IMG/VR virus record: IMGVR_UViG_2933814219_000003
Location: 1 to 64,000 of that record
Reading direction: 5' to 3' (one strand)
Length of the DNA stretch: 64,000 nt
Origin: a virus
Taxonomy: Duplodnaviria > Caudoviricetes
The notes under the pieces were generated by a model, which was not told the DNA's origin, ran no database searches, and saw only the letters and a program-made list of their open reading frames with translations. Of this stretch, positions 35,569 to 44,805 are shown one piece after another. A program made the translations under genes and the position numbers. Within the stretch, counting starts at the first letter, position 1. Every line of letters starts with the position of its first letter.

Positions 35569-37115
35569 CAGGTTGCCTCCTGCACCCCGGCGAGGAGCTC
35601 GACCTCGGAGAGGGCGCCGTTGAGGAGCGCGGTGACCTGCTCCTTGCTGACAACTTCCAGGGCAGCGGCGGCGCCGAGCTTCTGGGCGGAGTCCGCGAGG
35701 CTGGCGAGGATATCGACGCGGCGCTGAAGTTCGGCGTCGTCGACACCATCGAGCCACTCGTCGACCTGCTCCTGCCGGTAGCCGGTCTCCATCAGCGCCT
35801 GCTTACGGGGCACACCGTTGGCGATCTTCTCGCTGACGGTCTTCCAGCCCTCACTGTCCTCGACCATCGCGGCCGGCTTCCATCGGACGTCCACGACAGG
35901 GTCACTGAAACCCAGCAGGCGCAGGGCGAAGGCGTGCGCTTCGCCCCAGGTGGCCCCGAAGAGTTTCTGCCGGTCTTCGACCTTGTCGACGAGGGGCGCG
36001 TCCTTGCGGCGCCGGGATTCACCGGAGGGCTCGTCGCCGCTGATGTCGAAGTGGTGCGACGGGGTGTCGCTGACGTGGGCCATGGCCCGGACGTACCAGT
36101 CGGCGGGGTCGAGGAACGCCTTGGGGTCGGCGGCCTTGAACTCGCCGACGCCCTTGAAGCCGCGGAGCAGCCACATGCCACCGGGGTCGGCCTTGAGTGC
36201 GGAGTCGTCGCCGCTGTCGCGCGGACCGCTGTTCGGTTCGTTGGGCGGCCAGTCGTCGTCATCCCAGTCGCCGGGCTCCAGGTCCGACGTGTCGGTGGTG
36301 GCAGCTTCGGTGAGTGCGTACCGCTGGGGTGCGCCCTGGTAGTCGACGGTGCCCATATGGGTGGTGGTGAGCTTGGTGACGGCGTTCTGTGCCCCGTAGG
36401 CGTCAGCGTGCTCGGGCCGGCCGTAGGGGCGTGCGTTGCGGAAGTGGAAGACGGGGTGCTGCTCCCAGTTCCAGGTGTGCGGGATGAGCCAGGAGTCGGG
36501 GTCGGGGCTTTCGTCGCCGTCCGGGGTGACGAGCCACGGCTCCCAGTCGCCGGGTTCGGTGCCTTTGCTGTCCTTCTTGGTGGTCCAGCGCTCGACCCGG
36601 TCGTTGTAGAACAGTTCGGCTCGGCCGCAGCCGCGTTCGGTCCATCGCTTGATGTAGAAGTCGACTTCGCGGGGGCGGTCCTCGCGGTAGATGGCCCGCA
36701 CGGTGGTGGGCGAGTTGTAGTACATCTCAACCCCGGTGACGGTGCCTTTGTCGTCCTCGATGGGGAGGACCATGAGGTAGCCGTCGCCGTACATGCAGGT
36801 CTTGGAGTGCAGGTCGGGGGCTTCGAGGGCGAGCTGGTTGTCGCGCCAGATGGCGGCGAGGGCTTCGCTCTGCGCGTCGTCGGGGCTGGTGATCGCCGCG
36901 ATCTTGAGTCGTTTCACGACGGCGGTGACGGGGGTCTTGGCGAAGTTGAGGCGGAAGTCGATGCCCTTCGCGGCGAGCGCGCGGCGGATCCTGCTCGACG
37001 AGAAGACTTCTTCCACGTCGCCGTCGTAGTACGCCTGGGCCTTGGCGTAGCCGGGGCGGGAGCTGTTGAGCTCCTCAATGCCCAGCATCAGATCGTCTCT
37101 CGACCTGTCATCCAA
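35568..37115 (-). CDS. portal protein (SPP1 gp6-like)
   Basis: YYDG, NFAK..V, MYGDGY, SGES. Confidence 0.9.
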   Translation of the reverse strand: MDDRSRDDLMLGIEELNSSRPGYAKAQAYYDGDVEEVFSSSRIRRALAAKGIDFRLNFAKTPVTAVVKRLKIAAITSPDDAQSEALAAIWRDNQLALEAPDLHSKTCMYGDGYLMVLPIEDDKGTVTGVEMYYNSPTTVRAIYREDRPREVDFYIKRWTERGCGRAELFYNDRVERWTTKKDSKGTEPGDWEPWLVTPDGDESPDPDSWLIPHTWNWEQHPVFHFRNARPYGRPEHADAYGAQNAVTKLTTTHMGTVDYQGAPQRYALTEAATTDTSDLEPGDWDDDDWPPNEPNSGPRDSGDDSALKADPGGMWLLRGFKGVGEFKAADPKAFLDPADWYVRAMAHVSDTPSHHFDISGDEPSGESRRRKDAPLVDKVEDRQKLFGATWGEAHAFALRLLGFSDPVVDVRWKPAAMVEDSEGWKTVSEKIANGVPRKQALMETGYRQEQVDEWLDGVDDAELQRRVDILASLADSAQKLGAAAALEVVSKEQVTALLNGALSEVELLAGVQEAT

Positions 37116-37133
37116 GGCAACCTCCAGCCCTTG

Positions 37134-37150
37134 ACCTTCGATTCAAAGGA
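37134..37150. promoter_or_regulatory. late-region palindrome copy upstream of the portal gene
   Basis: ACCTTCGATTCAAAGGA. Confidence 0.55.
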
Positions 37151-37214
37151 TAACCGAGCCCTGTGAGATTAGAAGCTTCACCCGCACGCCGGATTATCCG
37201 ACGATTCTTCGGCA

Positions 37215-38759
37215 TCACATGTAGGTGGACTGCGTCGCCGACGCCGCCTTCTTCGCCGGCGGGATGAACCGACGGACCGCGGACCCGACGGCGTCGACCA
37301 TGTCGTCGTGCGGCGCTTTCGGGAACGCGCACATCTGCTGCTCCAGATCGACCAGTCGACGGGCGTGGATCACCCGGCCCCGCTGGTAGTGATTCAGGAC
37401 GCCTTCGGCCCGGGTGAACTTGTTCTCCACCTGCTGCACGGTCTTCACCTTCACCGGCATGTCATGCAAGATCGCCTTCCAGGTGTCCCCGCCCTGGTTG
37501 ATCTCCACGAGGATCAGGCCGATCTCCGGGTACTCGTCCAGGATCGCCAAGACCCGATTCCGGAGCAGCGGGCCAGGCTGGATCTTCAGCGACCACGCGT
37601 CGTGCACGGTGCAACGCCGGTGGCGCGCCGACCACGAGACGACACCCAAGGCCGTGAAGTCAGACTTCTTCTTCGTAGTCACCGCAGGATCGATACTCAG
37701 CATCATGTGCGTGACCGGGTCGGGCCCCTCCTCTCCGGGGTAGCGGAAGTCGTCGGGGGTCCACAGGTCACCATCAGCACCCATGGGGTCGTTTGACATG
37801 TTCTTCGCGAACGACCGGGTGTGCTCGATCGATTCGAGGTAGGCGAGCGGCCATTTCGCCGGCCAGACGCTGCGCCTGGTCCCATCGCCGCGCTGGACGA
37901 TCGGTGGGGTGTAGTGGGCCCGGAACTTCTCCTCGGTGACCCAGTCGGCGGTCTCGACGCCGCGGGCGTGCTTGACCAGCTGGTGAACGATGCTGCCGGG
38001 CATGGTGACGGTCCCGGAGATCACGACCCGGGCGTACACGTTGAGGGGCAGGATCGAGTCGATGAGGGTGGTGCGGCGTTTGGATGCCTGGTCGGCGCTG
38101 TAGCTGGACTCGTCGGGCTCGATGTCGTCGCAGAGCAGGAGGTCGGGTCGCTGCTCCCCCACCTTCATGCCGAGGTTGGAGCTGTCGATGCCGCGGCCGG
38201 CAAACACGAACCCGGCCTTGGAGACGAACATGCTCTGGGTGTCGGCGACGTTCGTTCCGGATGGGCGGCGGGCCGGTGTGCACAGGTCGGCGAAGTCCTG
38301 GCGGAGGAGTTCGTTGGTGTCGATCTCCCGCTTGAAGCTCGCGAGATGAGTTTCGGCCTGGCCTGCGGAGGAGGCGAAAGCGGCGGCGAACTTGATGTGC
38401 CCGTGGGCTGCCGCCCAGAGCGGCAGGATGAGGAACCACCAGGTCGACTTCCCCATGTTCCTGGGGGCGATGTAGGCGTCACGTTCCTCGGACGGGCCGG
38501 TGACGGGCCGGACCCAGCGGCGTGCGGCCCGGCACCAGTCGAGGTGGGCGTCCCCGAAGGTGATCTGCCCTTCGCTGTCGCGGAGGTGGTGGCGGACGTA
38601 GACGAGGGCGAACAGCAGCGGGTCGAGCCGGGTGAGGGTGCGGCGCCCTTCGGGGTCGGCGAGGATGCGGGCGTCGAACTGGGCGAGGTAGGTATCCAGG
38701 TCGAACGTCTCGGCGTCGAGGCCGGCCAAATAGCCGCGGGTGAACGTCGCGGGCGTCAC
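37215..38759 (-). CDS. terL: terminase large subunit
   Basis: APRNMGKST Walker A, LLCDD, SIDPA, HDDMVDA nuclease motif. Confidence 0.95.
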   Translation of the reverse strand: MTPATFTRGYLAGLDAETFDLDTYLAQFDARILADPEGRRTLTRLDPLLFALVYVRHHLRDSEGQITFGDAHLDWCRAARRWVRPVTGPSEERDAYIAPRNMGKSTWWFLILPLWAAAHGHIKFAAAFASSAGQAETHLASFKREIDTNELLRQDFADLCTPARRPSGTNVADTQSMFVSKAGFVFAGRGIDSSNLGMKVGEQRPDLLLCDDIEPDESSYSADQASKRRTTLIDSILPLNVYARVVISGTVTMPGSIVHQLVKHARGVETADWVTEEKFRAHYTPPIVQRGDGTRRSVWPAKWPLAYLESIEHTRSFAKNMSNDPMGADGDLWTPDDFRYPGEEGPDPVTHMMLSIDPAVTTKKKSDFTALGVVSWSARHRRCTVHDAWSLKIQPGPLLRNRVLAILDEYPEIGLILVEINQGGDTWKAILHDMPVKVKTVQQVENKFTRAEGVLNHYQRGRVIHARRLVDLEQQMCAFPKAPHDDMVDAVGSAVRRFIPPAKKAASATQSTYM

Positions 38760-38761
38760 GC

Positions 38762-39001
38762 TCAGCCCTCGCCAACCTCGATGTCGAACTCCTCAACCTC
38801 CGTGTCGACGCGCAGCAGGACCATGCCGACCGGGGCGGGAACGCCGTCGGTGACCTGCCGGATGCGGATGGGGGCGACGATCTCGAACCCCTGGAGTGCC
38901 ATGCGGTCACGCATGTGCTGGGTGAGGGCTGCCCGGTAGCCACTGTCGTGGTGCAGCCACGTCGGGGCGAGGGACTCGTAGTAGTAGCCGGTGCGGGTCA
39001 T
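38762..39001 (-). CDS. hypothetical protein
   Basis: ATGA-coupled between the terminase subunits. Confidence 0.65.
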   Translation of the reverse strand: MTRTGYYYESLAPTWLHHDSGYRAALTQHMRDRMALQGFEIVAPIRIRQVTDGVPAPVGMVLLRVDTEVEEFDIEVGEG

Positions 39002-39534
39002 TCGCCGGCCCCGCCCTCTTCGATGATGGCGGCCTCTTCGAGGGCGGCTTTGGCCTTGGCGGTGCGGATCATTTCCTGGAGCTCGACGTCCTGCTGGGTG
39101 ACCTCGACGACTTGGGCTTCGATCTTTGTGGTGGCGAGGCCGAGAAGCTTGTTCTGCGCTTCGACGGTCTTGGTGACGCCATTTAGGGCGCGGTCGACGG
39201 CGAGGGCGGGGCGCTCCTCGCCGTCCATCGCCTTGTCCCAGTTGGCGTTGCGGAGGGCGAGGTGGTCGCGCAGTACCCCGTCGAGGCGGTCGAGTTGGAG
39301 AGTTCGCCAGGCGTCGACTTTGGGGTCGACGCGCCGTTCGACTTCCTCGTAGAGGAGTTCTTTGGCGCTGGTGGCGCTGATGCGGTGTCCGCCGGTGGGG
39401 CCGTCGGGCGCTTGGGTGAGGATGTCGATCTGCCGATAGCTGAGGCCTTGGAGGCGGAGGTCGAAGACGATGGCGGCCCGTTCGGCCCGGAGGGCGGGGT
39501 CGAGCTTTCGGTAGGGTGCGGCTCCTGCTGCCAT
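38998..39534 (-). CDS. putative terminase small subunit
   Basis: LRLQGLSYRQI HTH-like segment, KLLGL, upstream of terL. Confidence 0.75.
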   Translation of the reverse strand: MAAGAAPYRKLDPALRAERAAIVFDLRLQGLSYRQIDILTQAPDGPTGGHRISATSAKELLYEEVERRVDPKVDAWRTLQLDRLDGVLRDHLALRNANWDKAMDGEERPALAVDRALNGVTKTVEAQNKLLGLATTKIEAQVVEVTQQDVELQEMIRTAKAKAALEEAAIIEEGGAGE

Positions 39535-39576
39535 CTCGACTCCTAGCCAACGATCCTTCGGGAAACTATCGACTTC

Positions 39577-39593
39577 ACCATAGAATCGTAGGC
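39577..39593. promoter_or_regulatory. late-region palindrome copy upstream of the small terminase gene
   Basis: ACCATAGAATCGTAGGC. Confidence 0.5.
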
Positions 39594-39661
39594 TAAGAGC
39601 GTTCCTGTCACACGAAACCCCTCCCAGAAGTCTCGGAAGGGGTGTGTACCTGCCAGCGGCC

Positions 39662-40042
39662 TTAGTTCCCAGCCGTCGCGCACTCGTTGCACGTGAACCC
39701 CTTCGGCGGGACCCCTCGGCAGGTGGCGCAAGCTTCCCGTAGCAGGTCCAGCGGGCTGCACCCGAAGAAGTCGGCGAAGGCCATGAGCTGGTCTACGGAC
39801 AGGTTGCGGTACTGGTTCTCTGGCCGTTTGCCGGCTCGTCCGATCTCCGAGAAGTGCACGACGGTCTCGGAGATCGGGAAGCCCGCCTCTGTGATTTTGG
39901 CTGCGAGTTGTACTTGGCTTAGGCCTAGGTGTTGGCGCCGGATCGCAACGTTGCGGCCGACCATGCGCGCGAACTGGGTGGTCGCTTCCGTGAGCGGGGA
40001 TCTGCCGGGGCGTCGCCGCGGCGACTCATCTGCTGTGCTCAT
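39662..40042 (-). CDS. XRE-family HTH regulator with C-terminal Zn ribbon
   Basis: RQHLGLSQVQLA; CATC...CNEC. Confidence 0.8.
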   Translation of the reverse strand: MSTADESPRRRPGRSPLTEATTQFARMVGRNVAIRRQHLGLSQVQLAAKITEAGFPISETVVHFSEIGRAGKRPENQYRNLSVDQLMAFADFFGCSPLDLLREACATCRGVPPKGFTCNECATAGN

Positions 40043-40104
40043 ATCTACTCCGGGTTGCAGGGCCCGCCTGGTGGTTCAGGACGGGCCCAGGGTGGGGGTG
40101 GTGC

Positions 40105-40311
40105 TCATTCGCCGCAGTCGGCGCATTCGTCGTCTTCGAGGTCGAGGCAGACAACACAGTCGGCGTCGTCGATGCCGACGATGGGGTGGGTGGATACGTC
40201 GGTTCCGCAGAGGGCGAGGTCGGGGTTGCAGCAGTAGATGTGGTTGAGGTCGGGTGGGGCCGCACTGTCAGCTTCGGCGAGGGCCGTCCCGGTCTGTCCG
40301 GGCTGGGTCAT
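40105..40311 (-). CDS. small Cys-rich protein
   Basis: HIYCC, ALCG, CVVC, CADC. Confidence 0.65.
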   Translation of the reverse strand: MTQPGQTGTALAEADSAAPPDLNHIYCCNPDLALCGTDVSTHPIVGIDDADCVVCLDLEDDECADCGE

Positions 40312-40601
40312 CGCGGGGGCTCCTGGGTGGTGGTGTCGTCGGTGAGGCGGCGGAGCGAGGTGAGCGCTGCCCGGTCCTTGTCGGGGATCTCCAGGCCCCG
40401 GGCGTGGATCTCCTCTTCGGCTAGTTCCAGCGCGAAGCCGAGGAGCTGCCGCTCGATCTCGGTCAGCATGGCTCGGTCGGCAGGAGCGGGTCCCTCAGCG
40501 GCGAGGGCGCGCAGCCGGGCGGCGACCTGATGGCCGTAGAACTGGGTCACGTACTGGCCTTCGAAGTGCTCCACCGCGGCTTGCAGGGGGGAATCGGGCA
40601 T
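40308..40601 (-). CDS. hypothetical protein
   Basis: 97 aa with RBS, coupled. Confidence 0.6.
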   Translation of the reverse strand: MPDSPLQAAVEHFEGQYVTQFYGHQVAARLRALAAEGPAPADRAMLTEIERQLLGFALELAEEEIHARGLEIPDKDRAALTSLRRLTDDTTTQEPPR

Positions 40602-40657
40602 CTGGGCTCTCCTTCGGGTTGTGGGCTGCCGTGCCGTACACAGCAGCCCAGGGGCGG

Positions 40658-40999
40658 TCAGAAGAATTCGCGGCGGTCGAAGGCGTATCCGCCGGAGGTG
40701 ACGTAGCGGTGGTCGTCGTCGCTGCGAAGCCGGGCCCGAAGCGGGTAGCCCTCCCGGCCGGTGGTCGCCTTCATCGTCTCGACCATTTCATTGACGGAGA
40801 GATCGATGCCGCACTCGTCCCGGATGGTGACGTCGGGGGCGCGGAGGAAGTGCTCCCAGTCGGGGAGCGTCGTGATGCCCAGGGAGTTGTGGGCGCGGAA
40901 GAGGAACCGCCACCCGGCAGCGGTCTGCCCGATGTGGAGCCCTTCTCCGTCGGGGTTGCCGCCAGGGAAGGGGCCGAACGCGTAGTAGTTGGTGGACAT
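40658..40999 (-). CDS. hypothetical phage protein
   Basis: MSTNYY..LHIG...GWRFLF..IRDE.G. Confidence 0.7.
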   Translation of the reverse strand: MSTNYYAFGPFPGGNPDGEGLHIGQTAAGWRFLFRAHNSLGITTLPDWEHFLRAPDVTIRDECGIDLSVNEMVETMKATTGREGYPLRARLRSDDDHRYVTSGGYAFDRREFF

Positions 41000-41002
41000 G
41001 GG

Positions 41003-41116
41003 TCACTCCTCGTCTCGGTCGTATCGAGCGTCCCAGTACCGGTCGTCAGCCTGGGCGGTTTCGCGTGCGGTGTCCTCCCACGGCGGCAACGGGGCCGGGG
41101 CCGGCGGCGGGGTCAC
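41003..41116 (-). CDS. 37-aa hypothetical peptide
   Basis: GTGA-coupled, fills the gap, ends beside the next RBS. Confidence 0.4.
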   Translation of the reverse strand: MTPPPAPAPLPPWEDTARETAQADDRYWDARYDRDEE

Positions 41117-41523
41117 GAGGTGCCGTCCGGCGTGAAGCCGAAGCCGGCGGCGAACGCGGACACCTTCGGCTCCCCGAAGGGCGAGTACCGGGCAGCATCC
41201 ATGGTGGCGATCACGTCATCCCGGCCCATCAGCCAGGCGTACTCCCGCAGCTTGACCACGGACCGTTCGGCGGAGAGGCCCCGCCGATCCTCGATCTTCC
41301 CGAGGGCGAAGAGGTAGTACTCGCGGGCCTTGCCCTGTACTGCGGCCGGGTCGTTTGCGTACTTGGCCCACTGGTCGGCGTCGACACCGTCGTTGAGCAG
41401 GGGCTTGGCGTGCTCGAAGTCCAGGTAGGGCAGGAGGACTTCCTGCGCGAAGCCGAACATGTCGTCGGCGGCCTGGGCGCGGGCGAGGATGTCGTCTTGG
41501 CTGCGGGTCACGGCGGCGGTCAT
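41113..41523 (-). CDS. hypothetical protein
   Basis: MTAAVTRSQDDIL..., coupled. Confidence 0.7.
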   Translation of the reverse strand: MTAAVTRSQDDILARAQAADDMFGFAQEVLLPYLDFEHAKPLLNDGVDADQWAKYANDPAAVQGKAREYYLFALGKIEDRRGLSAERSVVKLREYAWLMGRDDVIATMDAARYSPFGEPKVSAFAAGFGFTPDGTS

Positions 41524-41888
41524 CAGTTCTCCATTCCGAGCGCGTCGAGGAGCAGGTCGGTGTCGACGGTGACGTTGCACTTGTCGCGGGCTTCCTCGAC
41601 CAGCAGCTCAACGGCGGTCAGACGAGACTCGGCGGTCTCCGCACGCTTCCGCCACCGGGCCTTGCCGTCCTTGTGGTGCTCGATCAGGCGGTGTAGGTCG
41701 GGCAGGGTGTTCCGCTCCAGGAAGTCCACCTGGCCGGTCGCGTCGGACAGCTCCCCACGGAGCCGGTCGACCTCGGCCAGCAGCGGGCGAACGGCTGTGT
41801 ACCCATTGGCCATCAACTCAGCTACGGGGCCTTCGAGCAGAGACCGGGTCCGCTGCTCGTAGTCCGGGGTCATCGGGGTGTCGATCAT
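41523..41888 (-). CDS. hypothetical coiled-coil protein
   Basis: LLAEVDRLR motif. Confidence 0.65.
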   Translation of the reverse strand: MIDTPMTPDYEQRTRSLLEGPVAELMANGYTAVRPLLAEVDRLRGELSDATGQVDFLERNTLPDLHRLIEHHKDGKARWRKRAETAESRLTAVELLVEEARDKCNVTVDTDLLLDALGMEN

Positions 41889-41945
41889 CGGGGGTCCTTC
41901 CGGTAACGGGGCGGGGGAAGTCCGCCGCAGGATGGGCAGTGGTGG

Positions 41946-42443
41946 TCAGTACGCGGTGACCTGGGTGCGGTAGGCGTGGATCGTCCGACCCCAGATCCAG
42001 GCGTGCCCGCCCGGGGCCGCCACCGCGGTCCGCAGCTCCCGCTCCACCGCGGCAACCTGGTCGGCCGGTACACGGCGTCGGACGGTCCCGGGGACGGTGT
42101 AGCCGCCGTCGCGCTCGACAACGCGGACCTCGTGGAGCGGCGGGACGGGCAGCACGGCCGGCCCGTACACGACGTAGGCGATGACCCCGAGGACGGCGTC
42201 GCCGACGGCGTTGACCGCGGCAAGGAGCCGGTCGGTGTCGGCGTCAGCCTCGGCTACCCGGGCGGCGAGCTTGGGGCGGGCCCCCAGAAGACTGGCATGG
42301 TAGGCGCGGGCGTTCCGGCCGGCTTCGAGGCTGTGGAAGCAGCCGTCGTCGATCTGGGCGGCGAGATTACTGATGCGCCGGTCGAGGTCGGCGAGCTCGG
42401 CGTGGAGGTCGTCGTCGGTGTGGAAGCCGAGGGTGTCGATCAT
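41946..42443 (-). CDS. hypothetical protein
   Basis: 165 aa, GGAG RBS. Confidence 0.65.
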   Translation of the reverse strand: MIDTLGFHTDDDLHAELADLDRRISNLAAQIDDGCFHSLEAGRNARAYHASLLGARPKLAARVAEADADTDRLLAAVNAVGDAVLGVIAYVVYGPAVLPVPPLHEVRVVERDGGYTVPGTVRRRVPADQVAAVERELRTAVAAPGGHAWIWGRTIHAYRTQVTAY

Positions 42444-42458
42444 CGAGTGCTCCGAGAG

Positions 42459-42797
42459 TCAGGCGGCGAGTGCGAGCCGCGCGGCCACGGTCTTGTAGGC
42501 GGGCTTGCGGGCCTTGTAGTTGGCGGCGATGACCGCGACCTGGGTGCGGGTGTAGCGGAGGCAGTTCCGCATGTGGCGGCCGGCGTGGGCGCGGCCTGCG
42601 GTTCCGAGGATGCCGAGCTTGGTGGCGACCTTGCGGAGGGTTCCGGCGACGGATGTGGCGTCGCGGTGGGAGAGCCCCTGGGCCATGGCGTGTGCGGCGA
42701 GGGTGCCGGTGCCGCGCCGGCGGATGCGTGCGGCGGCCCGGCTGGCGAGCTGGCGGGCGCGGAGTGTGGCGCGGCGGGTGCGGTTGCTGGCGATCAC
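42459..42797 (-). CDS. basic hypothetical protein
   Basis: 112 aa Arg/Ala-rich, first gene after the operator array. Confidence 0.7.
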   Translation of the reverse strand: MIASNRTRRATLRARQLASRAAARIRRRGTGTLAAHAMAQGLSHRDATSVAGTLRKVATKLGILGTAGRAHAGRHMRNCLRYTRTQVAVIAANYKARKPAYKTVAARLALAA

Positions 42798-42831
42798 GGG
42801 TCCCCCTCGGGTGGTTCGGCCCCTTGCTCGG

Positions 42832-42937
42832 GGTGTAGCTACACCTTAGACTTGGGTGTAGCTACACCGCAAGCCGTTCAGCTCAAGAATCTGTAGCTAC
42901 ACCCGAGAGGACAGAAGATGACGCAGGTAGCTACACC
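42832..42937. promoter_or_regulatory. array of four GTAGCTAC-core operators at a divergent promoter
   Basis: GGTGTAGCTACACC at 42832 and 42855; partial copies at 42892 and 42927. Confidence 0.8.
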
Positions 42938-42953
42938 TGGATACGGTCAGGGC

Positions 42954-43181
42954 ATGTCGCCGAACATGCCCAAGACCCCGCCGCGCCAGATCCGCATCGG
43001 CGACGCCTGGTACGACTTCGACGCCGCCGCCAAAGCCATGGGCACCGAGCGCGCCGCCGTGATTCGCGAGCTCATCGACTGGTACATCCGGGAACCCGGA
43101 GCCAAACTCCCGGCACGACCCGACCGGCAGGTCGTCGACGCGGCGCGCGAGGCACGGGAGAGCCGGGGCGGCACCGCATGA
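42954..43181 (+). CDS. ribbon-helix-helix DNA-binding protein
   Basis: TPPRQIRIGDAW..F..AA...GTERAAVIRELIDWY. Confidence 0.75.
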   Translation: MSPNMPKTPPRQIRIGDAWYDFDAAAKAMGTERAAVIRELIDWYIREPGAKLPARPDRQVVDAAREARESRGGTA

Positions 43182-43753
43182 CCGGCTCGATCGACCCCCG
43201 TCGGCTCACAAACCTGTATCGGCTGTTCGACAAGGACGGGCGGCTCTTGTATGTCGGCACCTCCGTTGCCCCGCAGAACCGATGGGAGCAGCACGCCCGG
43301 GAGAAGCTCTGGTGGTCCTCCGTCAGCCGCGCCACAGTCGAATGGCACCCCGGGCGGACAGAGGCCATGGCTGCCGAGCGCGCGGCCATCAAGACTGAGA
43401 GCCCGCTCTACAACGACAAGGCAACACCAGATGAGGCCGTGTTTCCCTACCAGGGGAATCGCGGCCCGCGCCTGGAGACGCAGCTTCGCCGGGCAACAAC
43501 CGAGCACCACACCGCTCTGGACCGCTTGGCTGTCATGGTGAACCGTGCCGCGCTTGCTGGCCTGTCGGTTGCCGAGATCGCCGGGGCGTCCGGCCTGGAA
43601 GAGTCGGATGTCGAATACCTGGCTCGGCGACTGGACCGTGGAGGCGGCGTTAGCGCCATCTCCACGCCGTACAGTCGCGAGTGGGCACGCAAGATTGCCG
43701 ACCGCATCGACAAGGAGCGAGCCACCAAGCAGGTCGAGGGGGAACAGGCGTGA
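43178..43753 (+). CDS. GIY-YIG-like domain protein with C-terminal HTH
   Basis: LYRLF..LLYVG..R..H..AE..AI..PLYN; GLSVAEIAGASG. Confidence 0.8.
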   Translation: MTGSIDPRRLTNLYRLFDKDGRLLYVGTSVAPQNRWEQHAREKLWWSSVSRATVEWHPGRTEAMAAERAAIKTESPLYNDKATPDEAVFPYQGNRGPRLETQLRRATTEHHTALDRLAVMVNRAALAGLSVAEIAGASGLEESDVEYLARRLDRGGGVSAISTPYSREWARKIADRIDKERATKQVEGEQA

Positions 43754-44277
43754 AGACCGTCGCCGAGGTAGATGCGTTCGCGTTCGGCGCCCACGCCGAC
43801 CAGTTCGACAAGATCGGCGTCCCGTACATCGAGCACGTGCGGGCCGTGGCCGCCGGCCTGGTCCCGTTCGGTGACGACCTGGTGATGGCCGGGCTGCTGC
43901 ACGACGTCATCGAGGACACCGACTGGACCGCCGAGCAGCTGCGCAAGGCGGGCGTGCCGTATTACGTGGTCGCTCTCGTCGTGGCCGTCACGAACGAGCG
44001 GGGCATCCCCTATCAAGAGAAGGTCGCCCGCATCACCAGGCGCGGGCGGGACGCGGTCCGCCTGAAGATCGCGGACAACGCACACAACAGCCACCCCGAC
44101 CGGTCGGTCATGCTGCCCGAGGAGCAGCGAACCCGGCTGGCTGCGAAGTACCGGGCGGCCCGGGACATCCTGTGGCCTGCCGCTGAGGGCCGTGACATCG
44201 AGACCATCGTCCGGATCGTCAACCCGTCGCTGCTCGACGAACTCCGCGAGCGGCAGAGCGCTGGGAGCTCCTCATGA
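43750..44277 (+). CDS. HD-domain protein, small alarmone hydrolase (RelA/SpoT HD)-like
   Basis: AH..Q..K.GVPYIEH, LLHDVIEDT, KIADNAHN. Confidence 0.85.
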   Translation: MKTVAEVDAFAFGAHADQFDKIGVPYIEHVRAVAAGLVPFGDDLVMAGLLHDVIEDTDWTAEQLRKAGVPYYVVALVVAVTNERGIPYQEKVARITRRGRDAVRLKIADNAHNSHPDRSVMLPEEQRTRLAAKYRAARDILWPAAEGRDIETIVRIVNPSLLDELRERQSAGSSS

Positions 44278-44573
44278 CCGACGCCTTGGCGGCCTTCCTC
44301 ACGGCCCGGTTCGCCGAGGAACTGGAGAAGGCCCGGTTCGCGAGCAGCACGGTCACCCAGGATCCCGAGCGGTTCGGTGTCGCCCCCGAGGACGCCGCCC
44401 GGCACGCCAGGTTCTCCGTTGCCGCGGCGGAGGTGCATCTCACGCTGCTGGAGGACACCGTGATCCCGTACCTGGGCTCGGGCGGGGAGGCCGGCCAGAC
44501 CGCCGAGTACCAGCTGCGGCTCCTCGCCGCCCCTTACGTCGAGCACAGGGACTACCCGCACGACCAGGGCTAG
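44274..44573 (+). CDS. DUF6221-like protein
   Basis: LAAFLTARFAE...LRLLAAPYVEHRDY. Confidence 0.7.
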   Translation: MTDALAAFLTARFAEELEKARFASSTVTQDPERFGVAPEDAARHARFSVAAAEVHLTLLEDTVIPYLGSGGEAGQTAEYQLRLLAAPYVEHRDYPHDQG

Positions 44574-44621
44574 TTCCGCAGATCACCCCCGCCGCCCCTA
44601 CTCCCCCGGCAGAATGCCCTC

Positions 44622-44804
44622 ATGGCGAGGTTCACGGTCCACGGTGCGACGCAGCGCGAATGCCAGGACGCCCTGGACGAGCTCGGCCGGCTCCTGGACG
44701 TGACCGTGACGCTGCGCCCCACGCACTCCCTCGGCGGCAGCTGGATCGCCCGTGCGACACAGAAGGCCCCGGACCAGACGGTCCGGGGCCTTGCCGTGCG
44801 GTGA
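44622..44804 (+). CDS. hypothetical protein
   Basis: 60 aa ORF. Confidence 0.55.
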   Translation: MARFTVHGATQRECQDALDELGRLLDVTVTLRPTHSLGGSWIARATQKAPDQTVRGLAVR

Positions 44805-44805
44805 G

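Noticed and set aside
42832-42937. Mini CRISPR array
   Set aside because: Repeats are 11-14 bp palindromes with short irregular spacers and no cas genes; better explained as operators
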